Positions 25,111 to 36,352 are shown, numbered from the whole stretch's first letter. The stretch: DNA of 59,042 nucleotides, filler included, from 5 parts of 5 records of this genome joined end to end with filler, not necessarily neighbours in it; one strand, 5' to 3'. Numbers and translations are program-made. Notes: generated from the letters alone by a model not told the origin.

Positions 25111-27327
25111 CTAGCGTAATAACGTTATTTTATGTCGATGCAAAATCGTATCCTCTGAATCATATATAACAAAATAAATTCCGGACACGACATTATTGCC
25201 ATTCTGATCTCGCCCATCCCAATGATATGTGAATGATGTTGTTCCCTTTGAGATATTTATCCGTTTTGACTGAACCTCCTGTCCCAGGAGATTTACAATC
25301 TTTAACTCAGAGTTCTCCGTTATTTCGACATCTGGTATACTTAGATATATTGTTGTCCCTGAATTAAACGGATTAGGATAAGTTGAAATGTGGCATTTTT
25401 TCGGTATTTTATTTTCATTTTCAGTGCTCTCATCAGGTGTTACTATAACAGAATCTTCAGCGACCAATCTTTTAAATCCTACATAGCCACCAGGACCGGG
25501 AATGACAAAACCACTATAAGGTGACAAGATATTATTCTCAGCAGAGAGTTCTTCAATATATTTAATTATATCATAACTTTGAGGTTGTTCCAGCAGATTA
25601 TTTCGAATATAATGACCGAACCAATAGTTTTTTACAAATTTCTTCAAATAATCCGATATTTCAGCAGGATTCTCCAGAAGTTGGAATTTTTTATGATACA
25701 ATCGATTCTCGTAGTTGCCAAAATAATTTAGAAGAAATGGTACATTCCCATCATACATTCCAATTTGAAAATATCTTGAAGTAATATTAAAATTTTTACG
25801 GCCCTGATTCATGTCATATCTGGAAAAACTTAGACCAACCTGTGGTATGGGATCAATTTCTACAGAGCTGACTTTTGGAGCCAGGCAGTCAATCATAATG
25901 TCACAAAGATCGTAATCTGGTATAGACCTGAGAGTAGCCACACTTCCCTTTGAAAGTCTGGACAAGTTTTCGTAGAGATATTCATTTGCTCTATATAACT
26001 TGTTATTGATAAAATACCCAGTGCTACCTCTGTCCGTATCTATTATTCTAAATACTATATTATTGAGCGCTTTATTATTCGTTTGATCAACTATTTCCAT
26101 AACCGTCTCAACAGGATATCCATGCTGATCATCATTGGAAATCAGCCAAATTTCACCAGGAAGATTTTTTGAATTTAAATAATCCACAGCCTCCCGTAAA
26201 ATAAAGGGGAGTGAATTAATCCTGGGTACAATTTCTTTTATTTGATTCAGACGTGTCTGAATCAATGCATCCGTACACATCTCAAAACTGGTATCCAGCC
26301 ACCTGACTCCAAAATCAGAAGTAACAAAAACAATGGAATCCCTTTCAGTTGTGGCTATTTTTAGAGGTTCTGCCAACTTGTTTAAATAAATATTTCTATA
26401 GTTTTCAACGTCTGGCTCTTCTATCATATCAACAGCGACAATAATGTGTCGGGCTGGCCGATCTTCAAATGAAATTGAAGGGACAGAAGAAAGTTGATAA
26501 AATTTATATTCTTCATCTCCATATGTCTGAAAAAATTGTCCATGTTTATTTTCTTTGGCTGTAGCCAAAATGCCCTTTAATTTAGAAAAACTACTGTTTG
26601 TAGGGCCAATTTTTGCATACCAATAATTGTTTTGTTTTTCCCATGTCAAGCTCAATCCATCGAGGTTTTCCGGTAAATAATCAGGATTATCATAATCCAA
26701 AATCTTGAATTCAGCCGGTGAGTGCTGATTGTAAGTTAAACCACTACATCTATAAAATTGTGTTACATCAATTTGAAACCTTCTTTTGTCCCACTTCATA
26801 TGACACGGAGAAATATATTTGATGATCAGGTCCACTGATTCATCATTCTTAACTGGCGCTATATTAAGACAATAAAATTGATATATCTTTTCATCGTAAT
26901 ATCTATACCTATACTCTCTTAACAAAACTTTTGGTGTGGTCGTCGAATCTGATGAATAAATGGATTCGGCTGTGGATACATCAACAACCTGAGCTGAAAT
27001 ATATTTATTTTGCTCCTCATCCCATATTTGAACATCCGTCACGTAAGATTTCTCGCTCAGATTAAAAGTCCATTTCCACTCATAATTTCCTGGGGGAGGA
27101 TAGATGTATGAATTATATGGCCCCATCTCCTTACCAAGTTTTCCTCTCACATGCAATTCAGTCTCATAGAAAAGCCCCTGGACTGTTACTGTTGATTCAA
27201 ATTTTTGATAGAGCAATGTGTGCCAAATAGTTTGTCGGTCCGGCATTTTATAAGCAGTAAAACTGGCATTTACAATTGTATTACCAGATAAAATAACCAG
27301 CCAGAATAGAACAATCACTCTTTTCAT
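25111..27327 (-). CDS. Paralogous secreted VIT-like protein with C-terminal T9SS/FlgD-Ig sorting domain
   Basis: Same architecture as its neighbour: FNLSEKSYVTDVQIW, LSPYSGFV, TYPNPFN...NLLGQEV...WDGRDQNG...VSGIYF. Confidence 0.78.
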   Translation of the reverse strand: MKRVIVLFWLVILSGNTIVNASFTAYKMPDRQTIWHTLLYQKFESTVTVQGLFYETELHVRGKLGKEMGPYNSYIYPPPGNYEWKWTFNLSEKSYVTDVQIWDEEQNKYISAQVVDVSTAESIYSSDSTTTPKVLLREYRYRYYDEKIYQFYCLNIAPVKNDESVDLIIKYISPCHMKWDKRRFQIDVTQFYRCSGLTYNQHSPAEFKILDYDNPDYLPENLDGLSLTWEKQNNYWYAKIGPTNSSFSKLKGILATAKENKHGQFFQTYGDEEYKFYQLSSVPSISFEDRPARHIIVAVDMIEEPDVENYRNIYLNKLAEPLKIATTERDSIVFVTSDFGVRWLDTSFEMCTDALIQTRLNQIKEIVPRINSLPFILREAVDYLNSKNLPGEIWLISNDDQHGYPVETVMEIVDQTNNKALNNIVFRIIDTDRGSTGYFINNKLYRANEYLYENLSRLSKGSVATLRSIPDYDLCDIMIDCLAPKVSSVEIDPIPQVGLSFSRYDMNQGRKNFNITSRYFQIGMYDGNVPFLLNYFGNYENRLYHKKFQLLENPAEISDYLKKFVKNYWFGHYIRNNLLEQPQSYDIIKYIEELSAENNILSPYSGFVIPGPGGYVGFKRLVAEDSVIVTPDESTENENKIPKKCHISTYPNPFNSGTTIYLSIPDVEITENSELKIVNLLGQEVQSKRINISKGTTSFTYHWDGRDQNGNNVVSGIYFVIYDSEDTILHRHKITLLR

Positions 27328-27780
27328 TTGTGCCTCATAAATAAATTTGGTTAGTTGGGATTAACTATTATATCTGTAATAACTCTAATGTGCTATGTCA
27401 TTGTTCTTTAGAACTCATCCATTTTTTTTAACATGCTTTTAATTGATTGGTCCTATTTTCATTTTAATACTGATTTTCAGGAATATCATTAATAAGTTTC
27501 TATCATTTTTAGTGCACTGATTCTTTTTAGTTACTCTTGTATTGAATTTACCTTATGGATAATTCTATCAAAATTTTCATGATTCTGATATTCTCTTGGA
27601 TTGAAATACTCTAATAATAGTAAAATTAAATCATATCGAACAGGCACAATCATTTTTACCGAACAATTACATATTTAATTGTCTGGATGCCCTAATCTAA
27701 TAATTTTAAAAGCTTGATTAAATTTTGATAATTATGATAATATTTGGGAAACGAATGAATTTTGCAACCCCATAAACACA

Positions 27781-27824
27781 AAAAGGCGCACCAGGTCTAT
27801 TAAAAAACCATTTCTGCGTCTTTT
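27781..27824 (-). terminator. Possible terminator after the sialidase-like gene
   Basis: aaaaggcgca...tgcgtctttt imperfect inverted repeat with a long loop. Confidence 0.3.
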
Positions 27825-28011
27825 ATAATCGATCATATTAATTCCCCGTCCCCGTATTTTTTTGATTTCTTTTTTATATAATATTAATATAATCAAATAA
27901 ATGCAAGTATTAATTAAAAATCAGCATATTCCAGTTTTAACGGTTCACCCACCCAATATCTCTAAATCATGTTCTTCCCTTCATCATGAAAAAGTCCGAC
28001 GAAAAAACCAT

Positions 28012-29166
28012 TTATTCCATAGCAAGCGATACAGTCGGTATAACCGTCAAGACACAATGGTGTTTCTCCGACGTATAAACCACATACAACGTGCCGTCTT
28101 TTTCTATCGCACAGGGATAGGACCACTCCGGTCCCGCCTTGAGAGCATCCGAATATCCGTCTCTGATTTTCCACATTTTACAAAATGTTTTTTCGCCAGG
28201 TTTGCTCACCGCTAAAGCCAGTACATCGCGATATTCCTCTGTCTGAAAATTGAATAAAAGATATCGCTGTCCTGTGCTGAGCCTGCCGGCGTAGAGTTTT
28301 GTGCCACCCATCATAAAATTGTGTTGAAACGGTTTTGACCAGGAACGGCCATAATCACTGCTTTTAAATAGCAAAAAGTTATTACCATGGCGGCGGACAA
28401 GAGCTGTTATTTCGTTTTTTTCCACAAAAACCGTTGATTCCGGGTACTTTAATTTCGTGCCATCATCCAGTTCCCCGTCCGGCAGCAAAGGGATCACCTT
28501 CCATGTTTTGGTCAGGTTGCTGCCATCACCTATGGCAACAGCCGGAATAATCGGTTTTTGTCCTGGCTTGTCCGCCATTCGTCCTGCCATGATAAAAGAA
28601 CCGTCCTGCATTGGTTTCGGCGCACAGTTGGGCAGAAATGGCCCTGCGATAAAGCCGCTGGTAATCCATTGATCCTCTTTTTCATCCAGCACAAACATCT
28701 CGCAGTGGGTCACCTCATCTGCTCCAATCATATTGCTGACAAAGGCATACAAGGTTCCCTGATACGATAAAAAAGCGACGGGCACATACATAATGCCTTT
28801 ATTGCTTTTATCAGAAGCGATCACCTCCACATCTGACCAGGTTTTGCCGCCGTCTTTTGAGCGACGTCCACGTATAAGAGATGAATCCTGCATTTCACCA
28901 TCAGGACAATTATACCAGGCAGCATACAAGGTGTTTTTATGACTCACAATGGCAGCATCGTGCAAAAAATTATAGTCGTCTGCGCCGGCTCTGTGCACCA
29001 TAACATCTTGAACGTCTTTGGGAAACGTCAAATTCTGGCGTTCGGGATAGGGTGTTTTGTTTTCCCATAATATATACGGTCTATATTCAAAATCCGCTGC
29101 CCTGATGACGGGTGTTAATCCCGTCATCAGGAGTAAAAAAGCAAAAAGCAGTACATTTAAATTCAT
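28012..29166 (-). CDS. BNR/Asp-box beta-propeller, sialidase-like secreted protein
   Basis: Signal peptide; Asp boxes SKDGGKTWS and SSDYGRSWS; WSYPCAIE near the C-terminus. Confidence 0.82.
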   Translation of the reverse strand: MNLNVLLFAFLLLMTGLTPVIRAADFEYRPYILWENKTPYPERQNLTFPKDVQDVMVHRAGADDYNFLHDAAIVSHKNTLYAAWYNCPDGEMQDSSLIRGRRSKDGGKTWSDVEVIASDKSNKGIMYVPVAFLSYQGTLYAFVSNMIGADEVTHCEMFVLDEKEDQWITSGFIAGPFLPNCAPKPMQDGSFIMAGRMADKPGQKPIIPAVAIGDGSNLTKTWKVIPLLPDGELDDGTKLKYPESTVFVEKNEITALVRRHGNNFLLFKSSDYGRSWSKPFQHNFMMGGTKLYAGRLSTGQRYLLFNFQTEEYRDVLALAVSKPGEKTFCKMWKIRDGYSDALKAGPEWSYPCAIEKDGTLYVVYTSEKHHCVLTVIPTVSLAME

Positions 29167-29236
29167 ATTTGATAACCAGGAGTTTTTTTAAAAAAATTCT
29201 ATTCAGATCCAAAAAAACCAATTATCTTTTACAAAA

Positions 29237-29272
29237 CACCTGATTCAAACATGGCAATGTCTGAATCAGGTG
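29237..29272 (-). terminator. Stem-loop between the DUF4838 and sialidase-like genes
   Basis: cacctgattcaaacat-ggca-atgtctgaatcaggtg; 16-bp stem followed by a U-rich stretch on the minus strand. Confidence 0.6.
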
Positions 29273-29292
29273 AATTAAGGTCTTTAATCGTG

Positions 29293-31542
29293 TCAATCCA
29301 GATTCAGCTCTTCAAGGATCGAAAAATAAAATCCCCAGCCGCCACCGAACTGATCAATTTTAACCAATATCGTGTTCTCACCCTTTTTGACGGGCACTGT
29401 TAAAATATCCTGGTTGGGTTCGGCTTTTCGTTGTATTGCTTTATCCAGTACTAACTGATTATTAATCCAAAGGCGAACTCCATCATTGCTTCCCACGCCG
29501 ATTTTAACTTTGGTATCAGCCTCTGCATTTAACATCGTTCTGGCATAAGCAACACCGTTATCTGATGGTGTAAATATTTTCGTAAAATCGATATAACCTG
29601 TAACCTCAGATTGATAATGCTGCCAGCGAATATCATGACTGTTCACACCCTTGTAGGTGCCATTTTTGTTAAATTCATTCTCGGGTGCATAGCTCATCTT
29701 TAATCCTTTTTCGCCCTTATTCTCAAACGGTCCGATCAACCACCAATCCGTTAAAAAATCACCCTTGGTATTGTTCACCTTTTCGATAAATTGATCAATA
29801 TTCCCTCTCTTTGCATTTTCTGCCAACTGGCCAATACCATTTTCATTGAGTATACGTAAAAACGTGTCCCGGATCCGCGGCATATCCTTATTGCTAAGAT
29901 AGGCTGCTTTGCCACCAATTGTATAGAAATACAAGCGGGAGTAAAGAATCGGAAGGTGCGCGATCTCCACCCGCTTTAATAAATTCGGTTGTGTAGCGAC
30001 AGCTGCTTCAGCTTTTCTGAAAAGCTCATCTGCTCTGGTGACTATATCCGGGGTCAAATGACCAATCTCCGGATTGACATACATGTTAAAATGAATACTA
30101 TCGGTTCGAACCTTCTCATGAAGCAACTCTACATAATCTAAAAGATACGGTGCGGCCGCTCCATACACATTTTCAACGAATTCTTCGATCAAAGCCTGCC
30201 CATCCTGAAAAGGATCCCATAACAATTGCGCCAAAACCCAGGCCCGCAGATCAGCCATTTCAGCGCCTTCCATGGGATAACTGCCCTGTTCAAATAATCC
30301 GGTGACACCATGATTGTAATAGAATTTCAAATCCTTCTTGATACCGTCGAAATTCGGAAAAGGCATTAAATAGTGAGAAAAATCGACCAGGTAATCCCAC
30401 ACCATAATTTTTGGTGCAATTTTATGCCAGGCATTGAGCTGATCGATAAAAGGTTTATTGACCTCACAGCCCTCTATGGGATGCGCATCACAATAGTCGG
30501 CATAACGACACAGCCGGATGATGACATTTTTATGCGGCCGAATGGTTTTGGGCGGTTTTTCGGAATAATAATAGGCCAATGTCTGAATAGATACATCCGG
30601 GTGCACCTTAGCCACTGTATCCGCAATAGCATTGACAAAATTCAGGATGGTCGCGGACTGGCTGCCTTCAGCCTCTGTGACCGCGCTGCACTTTTCGCAT
30701 TGACACCAGCCTGCGCCATCATTCTGATCTACAGAAATAAGATTAACTCCGGGATGGTCCTCGATCCATTGAAACACCTGATTTGTAGCAATCCTTAATA
30801 CATCCGGATTTGTCAGACAGAGCTGTGCCTCATGCCCTTTTCGTTTGCCATCTATTAATGAAAAATATTCCGGATGTTGTTTAAAATATTTTTTCGGTGG
30901 TACCAACCGATAAGACGTATGCACAAAGGGGTAGATCTCATAGTCGCCGCCAAGAGAGTCAGGAATTCCCTTCATACTGCGATTCGTACGGTTGCGCAGG
31001 CACCAGACTGGATCCTTGGATTCGGAAAAATAAACTTCCCGGTATTCAAAGGCAGGTTTGCCGGTTTCATCTAAAGAAGGAAGCGACAGTTTTTTCTTCA
31101 AAGGAATATGACTCACCTGTCTGGTATACCAGCGACATCCCCATTTATCCCGCAACAGTGTATAAACGCCATATACAACACCGCGAAAGGATCCACCGGT
31201 GATATATATGTTCTGATTTTCTGTCTTTAATAAAAATTCTTCCGGTTCAAAAACGTCCGGATGCCAGGATTTTATTTTATCGGACAAGTCCGGAATAGAA
31301 CCAATGAAAAACGCCGGTCCTTCCAATTTTTCGCCATAGCCTATAATGGGTAATTTGACATTTGTCATTTCTAAAATCGTCTGTTGTAGTTCACTTGCCG
31401 CAAATTTTTCAATTGTTGTCGGATTATCAGAAACCACAATAGAATAGGTTGTTTGATTATTGCTGATGATATCAATAGACGACTGACAATTCATAAAAAC
31501 AACAAGGAATATCAGTACAAGAAACCGGCTAAATGTTTTCAT
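29293..31542 (-). CDS. DUF4838 domain lipoprotein (GH-like) with C-terminal PA14-like domain
   Basis: AASELQ...RGVVYGVYTLL...GCRWY; HPEYFSLIDGKR...QLCLTNPD; DQNDGAGWCQCEKC; TLAYYYS; C-terminal WWLIGPF...GSNDGVRLWIN. Confidence 0.85.
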   Translation of the reverse strand: MKTFSRFLVLIFLVVFMNCQSSIDIISNNQTTYSIVVSDNPTTIEKFAASELQQTILEMTNVKLPIIGYGEKLEGPAFFIGSIPDLSDKIKSWHPDVFEPEEFLLKTENQNIYITGGSFRGVVYGVYTLLRDKWGCRWYTRQVSHIPLKKKLSLPSLDETGKPAFEYREVYFSESKDPVWCLRNRTNRSMKGIPDSLGGDYEIYPFVHTSYRLVPPKKYFKQHPEYFSLIDGKRKGHEAQLCLTNPDVLRIATNQVFQWIEDHPGVNLISVDQNDGAGWCQCEKCSAVTEAEGSQSATILNFVNAIADTVAKVHPDVSIQTLAYYYSEKPPKTIRPHKNVIIRLCRYADYCDAHPIEGCEVNKPFIDQLNAWHKIAPKIMVWDYLVDFSHYLMPFPNFDGIKKDLKFYYNHGVTGLFEQGSYPMEGAEMADLRAWVLAQLLWDPFQDGQALIEEFVENVYGAAAPYLLDYVELLHEKVRTDSIHFNMYVNPEIGHLTPDIVTRADELFRKAEAAVATQPNLLKRVEIAHLPILYSRLYFYTIGGKAAYLSNKDMPRIRDTFLRILNENGIGQLAENAKRGNIDQFIEKVNNTKGDFLTDWWLIGPFENKGEKGLKMSYAPENEFNKNGTYKGVNSHDIRWQHYQSEVTGYIDFTKIFTPSDNGVAYARTMLNAEADTKVKIGVGSNDGVRLWINNQLVLDKAIQRKAEPNQDILTVPVKKGENTILVKIDQFGGGWGFYFSILEELNLD

Positions 31543-31708
31543 TTTTTCATCCTTTTAATTATTATGATATAAATAGAATATCCAGTAGAAAGAAAACAAG
31601 TGGAACTGGAATCCCTCCTCTATCTCGCCTCAATTATTTGCTATTCATGTGTCTATAATCTATTGTTTATATTAACGGACAAAACAAAAATAACCAGGCA
31701 TCTGTAAA

Positions 31709-32668
31709 TCAGGTGGGAAATTCCTGCTCACCGTCAAAAACGATCACTGCCTTGAACAATCCCTTTTTTCTGTCAATCACATCCTTAAAGGCCATTGTAA
31801 TATCAGCCGAGTTGTAATGCTGTATCAGGGGTTTGAAAATGAGTTGTCCCTGACTCATCATCTCCACACCTGTACGCAAAGCCTCCAGTTTTTCATCCAT
31901 TCTTCGAACATGGCCATTAATAATATCAATCGCTTTATAATTCCACTGCTTCATATTAATCATTCGAAAACCCATGTTTGTTTGATGATACCCCATAAGA
32001 ACAATACGGCCGTGTTCTTTAACCAGATCACTGGCAAGATCAATTCCCGCTTGCACACCAGTTGCTTCTATAACGACATCAAATTCTCCATATTCTTCTG
32101 CCAGTTGTTCGCCATTTTTATCTTCCGGATTTTCCACAACAGATGCTCCACAATGTCTGGCCATATCACGTCTCCAGAGAATGGGATCAAACGCGCATAC
32201 AAAGGATGCTCCCTGACTTTTTACCAGCTGCAAACAGACGAGGCCAATGAATCCACATCCCAGCACAGCCACACGATCTCCCGGAAGTATTCCAAACCGC
32301 TTTGCGGCATGCATACAACAAGATACTGGCTCGCCAGGAGTCCAAAACACATCCAGATTTTCAGGTAATCTCACTAACAGGTTCTGTTTTACACAAAAGT
32401 AATCTGCGAACGCACCCTCCAGTGTTGTCACATGATCTCCCACGGTATATTCCGAGACATTCTGCCCAACCTCAACGACAATACCATTTCCTTCATGACC
32501 GAGTACGATATCCGTCTTTGGACTCCTTTTGCGCAATTTATAAAAAATAACATCACTATCACAAATGCCACATGCAAGACTCTTAACGAGAACCTGATCA
32601 GGCCCACACGTAGGTTTGACCTCATCCCGAACAACAAAACCATCATAGGTTAAAACGATAACATTCAT
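31709..32668 (-). CDS. Zinc-binding (MDR family) dehydrogenase
   Basis: CGICDSD and LGHE catalytic-zinc motifs; GCGFIG NAD-binding motif; lacks the four-Cys structural-zinc loop. Confidence 0.9.
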   Translation of the reverse strand: MNVIVLTYDGFVVRDEVKPTCGPDQVLVKSLACGICDSDVIFYKLRKRSPKTDIVLGHEGNGIVVEVGQNVSEYTVGDHVTTLEGAFADYFCVKQNLLVRLPENLDVFWTPGEPVSCCMHAAKRFGILPGDRVAVLGCGFIGLVCLQLVKSQGASFVCAFDPILWRRDMARHCGASVVENPEDKNGEQLAEEYGEFDVVIEATGVQAGIDLASDLVKEHGRIVLMGYHQTNMGFRMINMKQWNYKAIDIINGHVRRMDEKLEALRTGVEMMSQGQLIFKPLIQHYNSADITMAFKDVIDRKKGLFKAVIVFDGEQEFPT

Positions 32669-32691
32669 TTAATAGCCTCCCAAATGGAGAT

Positions 32692-33426
32692 CTATTTGGA
32701 TGTAAGCTTTTCTAATGGCTGCACGTTCGGGCACGTGTCTTCAATAATAACCCGGGGATTGGCCCATCGAACAGCGTTACTGATAACTTTTTGAATGTCC
32801 GAGTTGTAAAAGACAGGATACGATTCATGTCCCGGACGAAAATAAAAGATCCGGCCATGACCTCTCTCCCAGCAACAGCCACTGCGAAACACTTCACCGC
32901 CCTCAAACCAGGAGACAAAAATCAACTTGTCCGGAGTCGGAATATCAAATCGCTCTCCATACATCTCTGCATGCGGGAGTTCAATGTACTCACCAATGCC
33001 TTTTGTTATGGGATGTCCAGGCTCGATATTCCACAGCCGTTCTTTTTCTGCGGCTTCCCGCCATCGGAGTGAACAATTTGTGCCTAATAGTGTTCGCAGT
33101 ATTTTCGAATGATGCCCGGAATGCAGCACAATGAGTCCCATGCCTTCCAATACTCGTTTTTGCACACGCTTTACAATCTCGTCTTTCACTTCATCATGCG
33201 CCTTATGACCCCACCAAATCAACACATCTGTGTTTTGCAAAACCTCGTCTGTGAGTCCATGCTCAGGCTCATCCAGGGTAGCGGTCTTTACATCCATATC
33301 CGTATGAACCGACAAAAATTTTTGAATCGCCACATGCATACCATCCGGATATATGGCTTGCACGGCTTCTACCCGCTTTTCATCCACAAACTCATTCCAG
33401 ACAACAACATTGATCTTGTTTGCCAT
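32692..33426 (-). CDS. thuA: ThuA-like trehalose utilisation protein
   Basis: [72 protein letters not shown]. Confidence 0.92.
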   Translation of the reverse strand: MANKINVVVWNEFVDEKRVEAVQAIYPDGMHVAIQKFLSVHTDMDVKTATLDEPEHGLTDEVLQNTDVLIWWGHKAHDEVKDEIVKRVQKRVLEGMGLIVLHSGHHSKILRTLLGTNCSLRWREAAEKERLWNIEPGHPITKGIGEYIELPHAEMYGERFDIPTPDKLIFVSWFEGGEVFRSGCCWERGHGRIFYFRPGHESYPVFYNSDIQKVISNAVRWANPRVIIEDTCPNVQPLEKLTSK

Positions 33427-33571
33427 TTATAACTCCTTCTCCATAATATTCAATTTCACATCATGTTTTTACTGCATTTCACCACTATTCATCCATGAGA
33501 ATCCGAATCATTTATAATATCCGTCATCTATATTTCATTATGCAGAAACACGACGAATAAAACGCAGGGAA

Positions 33572-34237
33572 TTAAACATTTTTTATATTTTTAAAAAAAT
33601 CTTCCAATAGCTTCTTATCCAACTTGTCATTCGCTCTCACACCACTACATACATCAATTCCAAAAGGCCCAACCTGTTTAATGGCCTCGGATACATTGTC
33701 CGGTTTTAGGCCTCCGGCGAGTAAAACAGGTATTTCCAGGGATTCCCGAATTCGCCGACTAATACTCCAGTCATGTTTCCTGCCGGTACCGCCAAGCTCC
33801 TTAACCTGTAGGGAGGGATTTCCGGAATCAAGAAGAATCGCGTCTACATGCTCTGCCACAGACTGGGCTTCCTGCACAGACTCTTCGCCTGTCACATGGA
33901 TCACCTGAACAATGGCAACACCTGGCAAAGCCTGTTTCAAATCTCTGTGAGTGCCTGTTAAAAGGTGATCGACAAGCTGTATAGTATTTGTTCGACAATA
34001 TTTTTGTTGTTCAACAATGTCTGACACATTCTGTTTAGACGTCAATAGAAAAGTGGCAACAGGCGGAGGGACCTTTGCGACAATTCTGGCTATATCCTCT
34101 TCTGAAATCACTCCCGGCCCGCTTGGCATCTTGGAAACAAATCCCAGGGCAGATGCCCCTGCCTGAATAGCTATCTGTGCTTCCTCCTCACTCTGGATAC
34201 AACATATTTTTACTCGTGGTAATATGGTTCTCTTCAT
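33572..34237 (-). CDS. trpF: Phosphoribosylanthranilate isomerase
   Basis: RVKICCI, AILLDSG, LGGTGRKHDW, LAGGLKPDNV, GIDVCSGVR. Confidence 0.9.
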   Translation of the reverse strand: MKRTILPRVKICCIQSEEEAQIAIQAGASALGFVSKMPSGPGVISEEDIARIVAKVPPPVATFLLTSKQNVSDIVEQQKYCRTNTIQLVDHLLTGTHRDLKQALPGVAIVQVIHVTGEESVQEAQSVAEHVDAILLDSGNPSLQVKELGGTGRKHDWSISRRIRESLEIPVLLAGGLKPDNVSEAIKQVGPFGIDVCSGVRANDKLDKKLLEDFFKNIKNV

Positions 34238-34286
34238 CCAGGATTCCTGTTTAACATTTCATACTTTATTCATATCTAATATTGTG

Positions 34287-34798
34287 CTATTCATTTAAAA
34301 TCCCGGAGAATTCTTTACACTTTAGGATAAAATCGTCCGGATCTTGCGGAGTAATCACAAAAGTACGTTTTTCTGTTTTAATAACGACCGCTCTTTTCGG
34401 GTCTGTGGCAAATGCGCGGTAAGAGCCCAACTGAGTGTTACGAAACCTTCCACTAAAGGAGAAAAATCCACCATTACCAAAGGTACAAATCGATCCCGTC
34501 ATGGCGTCAGGATCACGTTCAATCGAAATAAGCGACTTGAAATCAATGCGTGAATTCCAAAAAACCTTTTGATGATTAAATCATTCCTGCCAAGCTCATA
34601 TCCCCGGATCATAAAGAGACTTGCTCCAAGAAGAATCGACAAAGGCAATCCAATCATCATCAAATACCATACAAGTGAAGGTTCTGATTCTGCAAACAAA
34701 CCCACACCTATAATCCACAACATGACAATGGTAATCAAAGATGTCATAATAACCAGTAATCGTCCCCATGGCGCACTAAAATGAATGCGTGCCTCCAT
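34287..34798 (-). CDS. Membrane-anchored bacterial PH-domain protein, split by a frameshift at 34559-34564
   Basis: Two N-terminal TM helices. One extra T gives IKRFFWNSRIDFKSLISIERDPDAMTGSICTFGNGGFFSFSGRFRN...VITPQDP. Confidence 0.75.
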
Positions 34799-34928
34799 TC
34801 CGGTCCTCCCAGGATTTATAAATGCTTTTGGATTACTTTACAATTCGTTTGAATCACTATTTTTGCCATTTATCCGTGCTCTGAGAACTTTAATTTATCT
34901 GTTCATTCGATGTCAGTGTAACTCCAGG

Positions 34929-35459
34929 CTAACCTGCCTTTATAAACCGATAATTATTGTCGCTTTTTCTTTCAAATTTGAAATGACCTGATTGCGTTAC
35001 TCTGGTTAGAATATCATGATCCTGTAAATGATGATCATTAAATGACAATATACCATCATCTTTTAAAACACGAGACAATTCACCAAGGACTTTTTCAGGC
35101 TGACTCAAACCATGAAAAATATCATAAAGTAAAACCACATCTATACTTTTTTCCGGTAATCCGGTTTGACAATCGGTTTTTATGGTTTCAATATTTTTAA
35201 TATTATTCTTTACGGCAATTCGTTGAACAGCCTTTAGCGCCAAAGGATGTATATCCACCGCGTAAATCCTGCCCGAATTACCTACCAGTTCTGCCAGAGG
35301 TGCGATATAACTACCGGATCCACAGCCATAATCAAGAACAAAAAAATCCGGTTTGATGCCGACATGTTGCAAAATTTTTTTCCGCGGTGTAAAATAATCG
35401 CGTATTTTATAACTGAGAGACATAAGTTTGAAATCAATATTTGATTGTGGTTTGTCCAT
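34929..35459 (-). CDS. Class I SAM-dependent methyltransferase
   Basis: Likely start MDKPQ at 35459 with GGAGG RBS; VLDYGCGSG, YAVDIH, RVLKDDGIL. Confidence 0.88.
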   Translation of the reverse strand: MDKPQSNIDFKLMSLSYKIRDYFTPRKKILQHVGIKPDFFVLDYGCGSGSYIAPLAELVGNSGRIYAVDIHPLALKAVQRIAVKNNIKNIETIKTDCQTGLPEKSIDVVLLYDIFHGLSQPEKVLGELSRVLKDDGILSFNDHHLQDHDILTRVTQSGHFKFERKSDNNYRFIKAG

Positions 35460-36352
35460 ATCGGGATCCTCCCCTGTTTTAATAGCTAATTCGTGAGAGA
35501 TAAAAAGAAATCCACATTCTAAATATGAAATAAATGAATATACTAAAGACTCGACGCTAAGTAAAGACATTTTCATTAATTTTCTTATATAAAAAGCTTC
35601 AGAACATTGTTAACAGCATTCCATAATTGGAAAAACCAGAATACCATTCATCGTATTTGCCAGCCATCTGAAAAATGGGCTTGATCGCTAAATAAATATT
35701 GTCTATAATCTATTACAATTGGAAACATATATGATTCATATGTACTTAAAACAAATCTTTGCAGATTTCTCTATTTTTTGTATATTATATGATTGTACCA
35801 ATTATCCAGCAAGGTATTGCCCTGGAAAATGTAAGGCCTCGATTTTTGGAGAATTTACATATACGACTATGCTAAATTTCCTAAAAATTCATGCCATTAT
35901 TCAACAGTAATTGAAAGAAAAGACTGATCATAAAAAAGAAAAATGGTGTAAAATCTTGACGTAAAAATATATTTTGATGTCTTACCCTGACAGCCTGGGC
36001 GGATTCCAGGACTATTATTGATACTGTCGTGCTTGTTAAGGTATTTTCCAGCCACAGTTGAAAAAATAAATCCTCGTTTCCTCAAAAATTTATTATTTTA
36101 CCATTTTATTTATACCTATCTAATCACCTTTCCAGGTTACAGCATATAGTACGCATTTTGCATTTATGCAGCAATGGGGAGAACATAACATACGCTCAGA
36201 ATCGTAGTAATAATAAAAAGATGAGTATATATTGTGATATATGATAATGTCGTCTCTTACAAGGCAGGTACATGCTTGTCATTTCAAGAAAAGCAAAAAA
36301 AATAACAATATCTTGATAAATAAAAACCACTAAACAAAAAAGGAAACCACTT

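Noticed and set aside
31817..32368. 183-aa + strand ORF and the many similar short ORFs in the track
   Set aside because: Antisense or out-of-frame shadows of well-supported genes, with no motifs or RBS.
35577..36352. Long intergenic region with a small hairpin (cctggg-cggatt-ccagg), considered as an ncRNA or riboswitch
   Set aside because: No recognisable aptamer motif or extended structure by eye. An Rfam scan would be needed.
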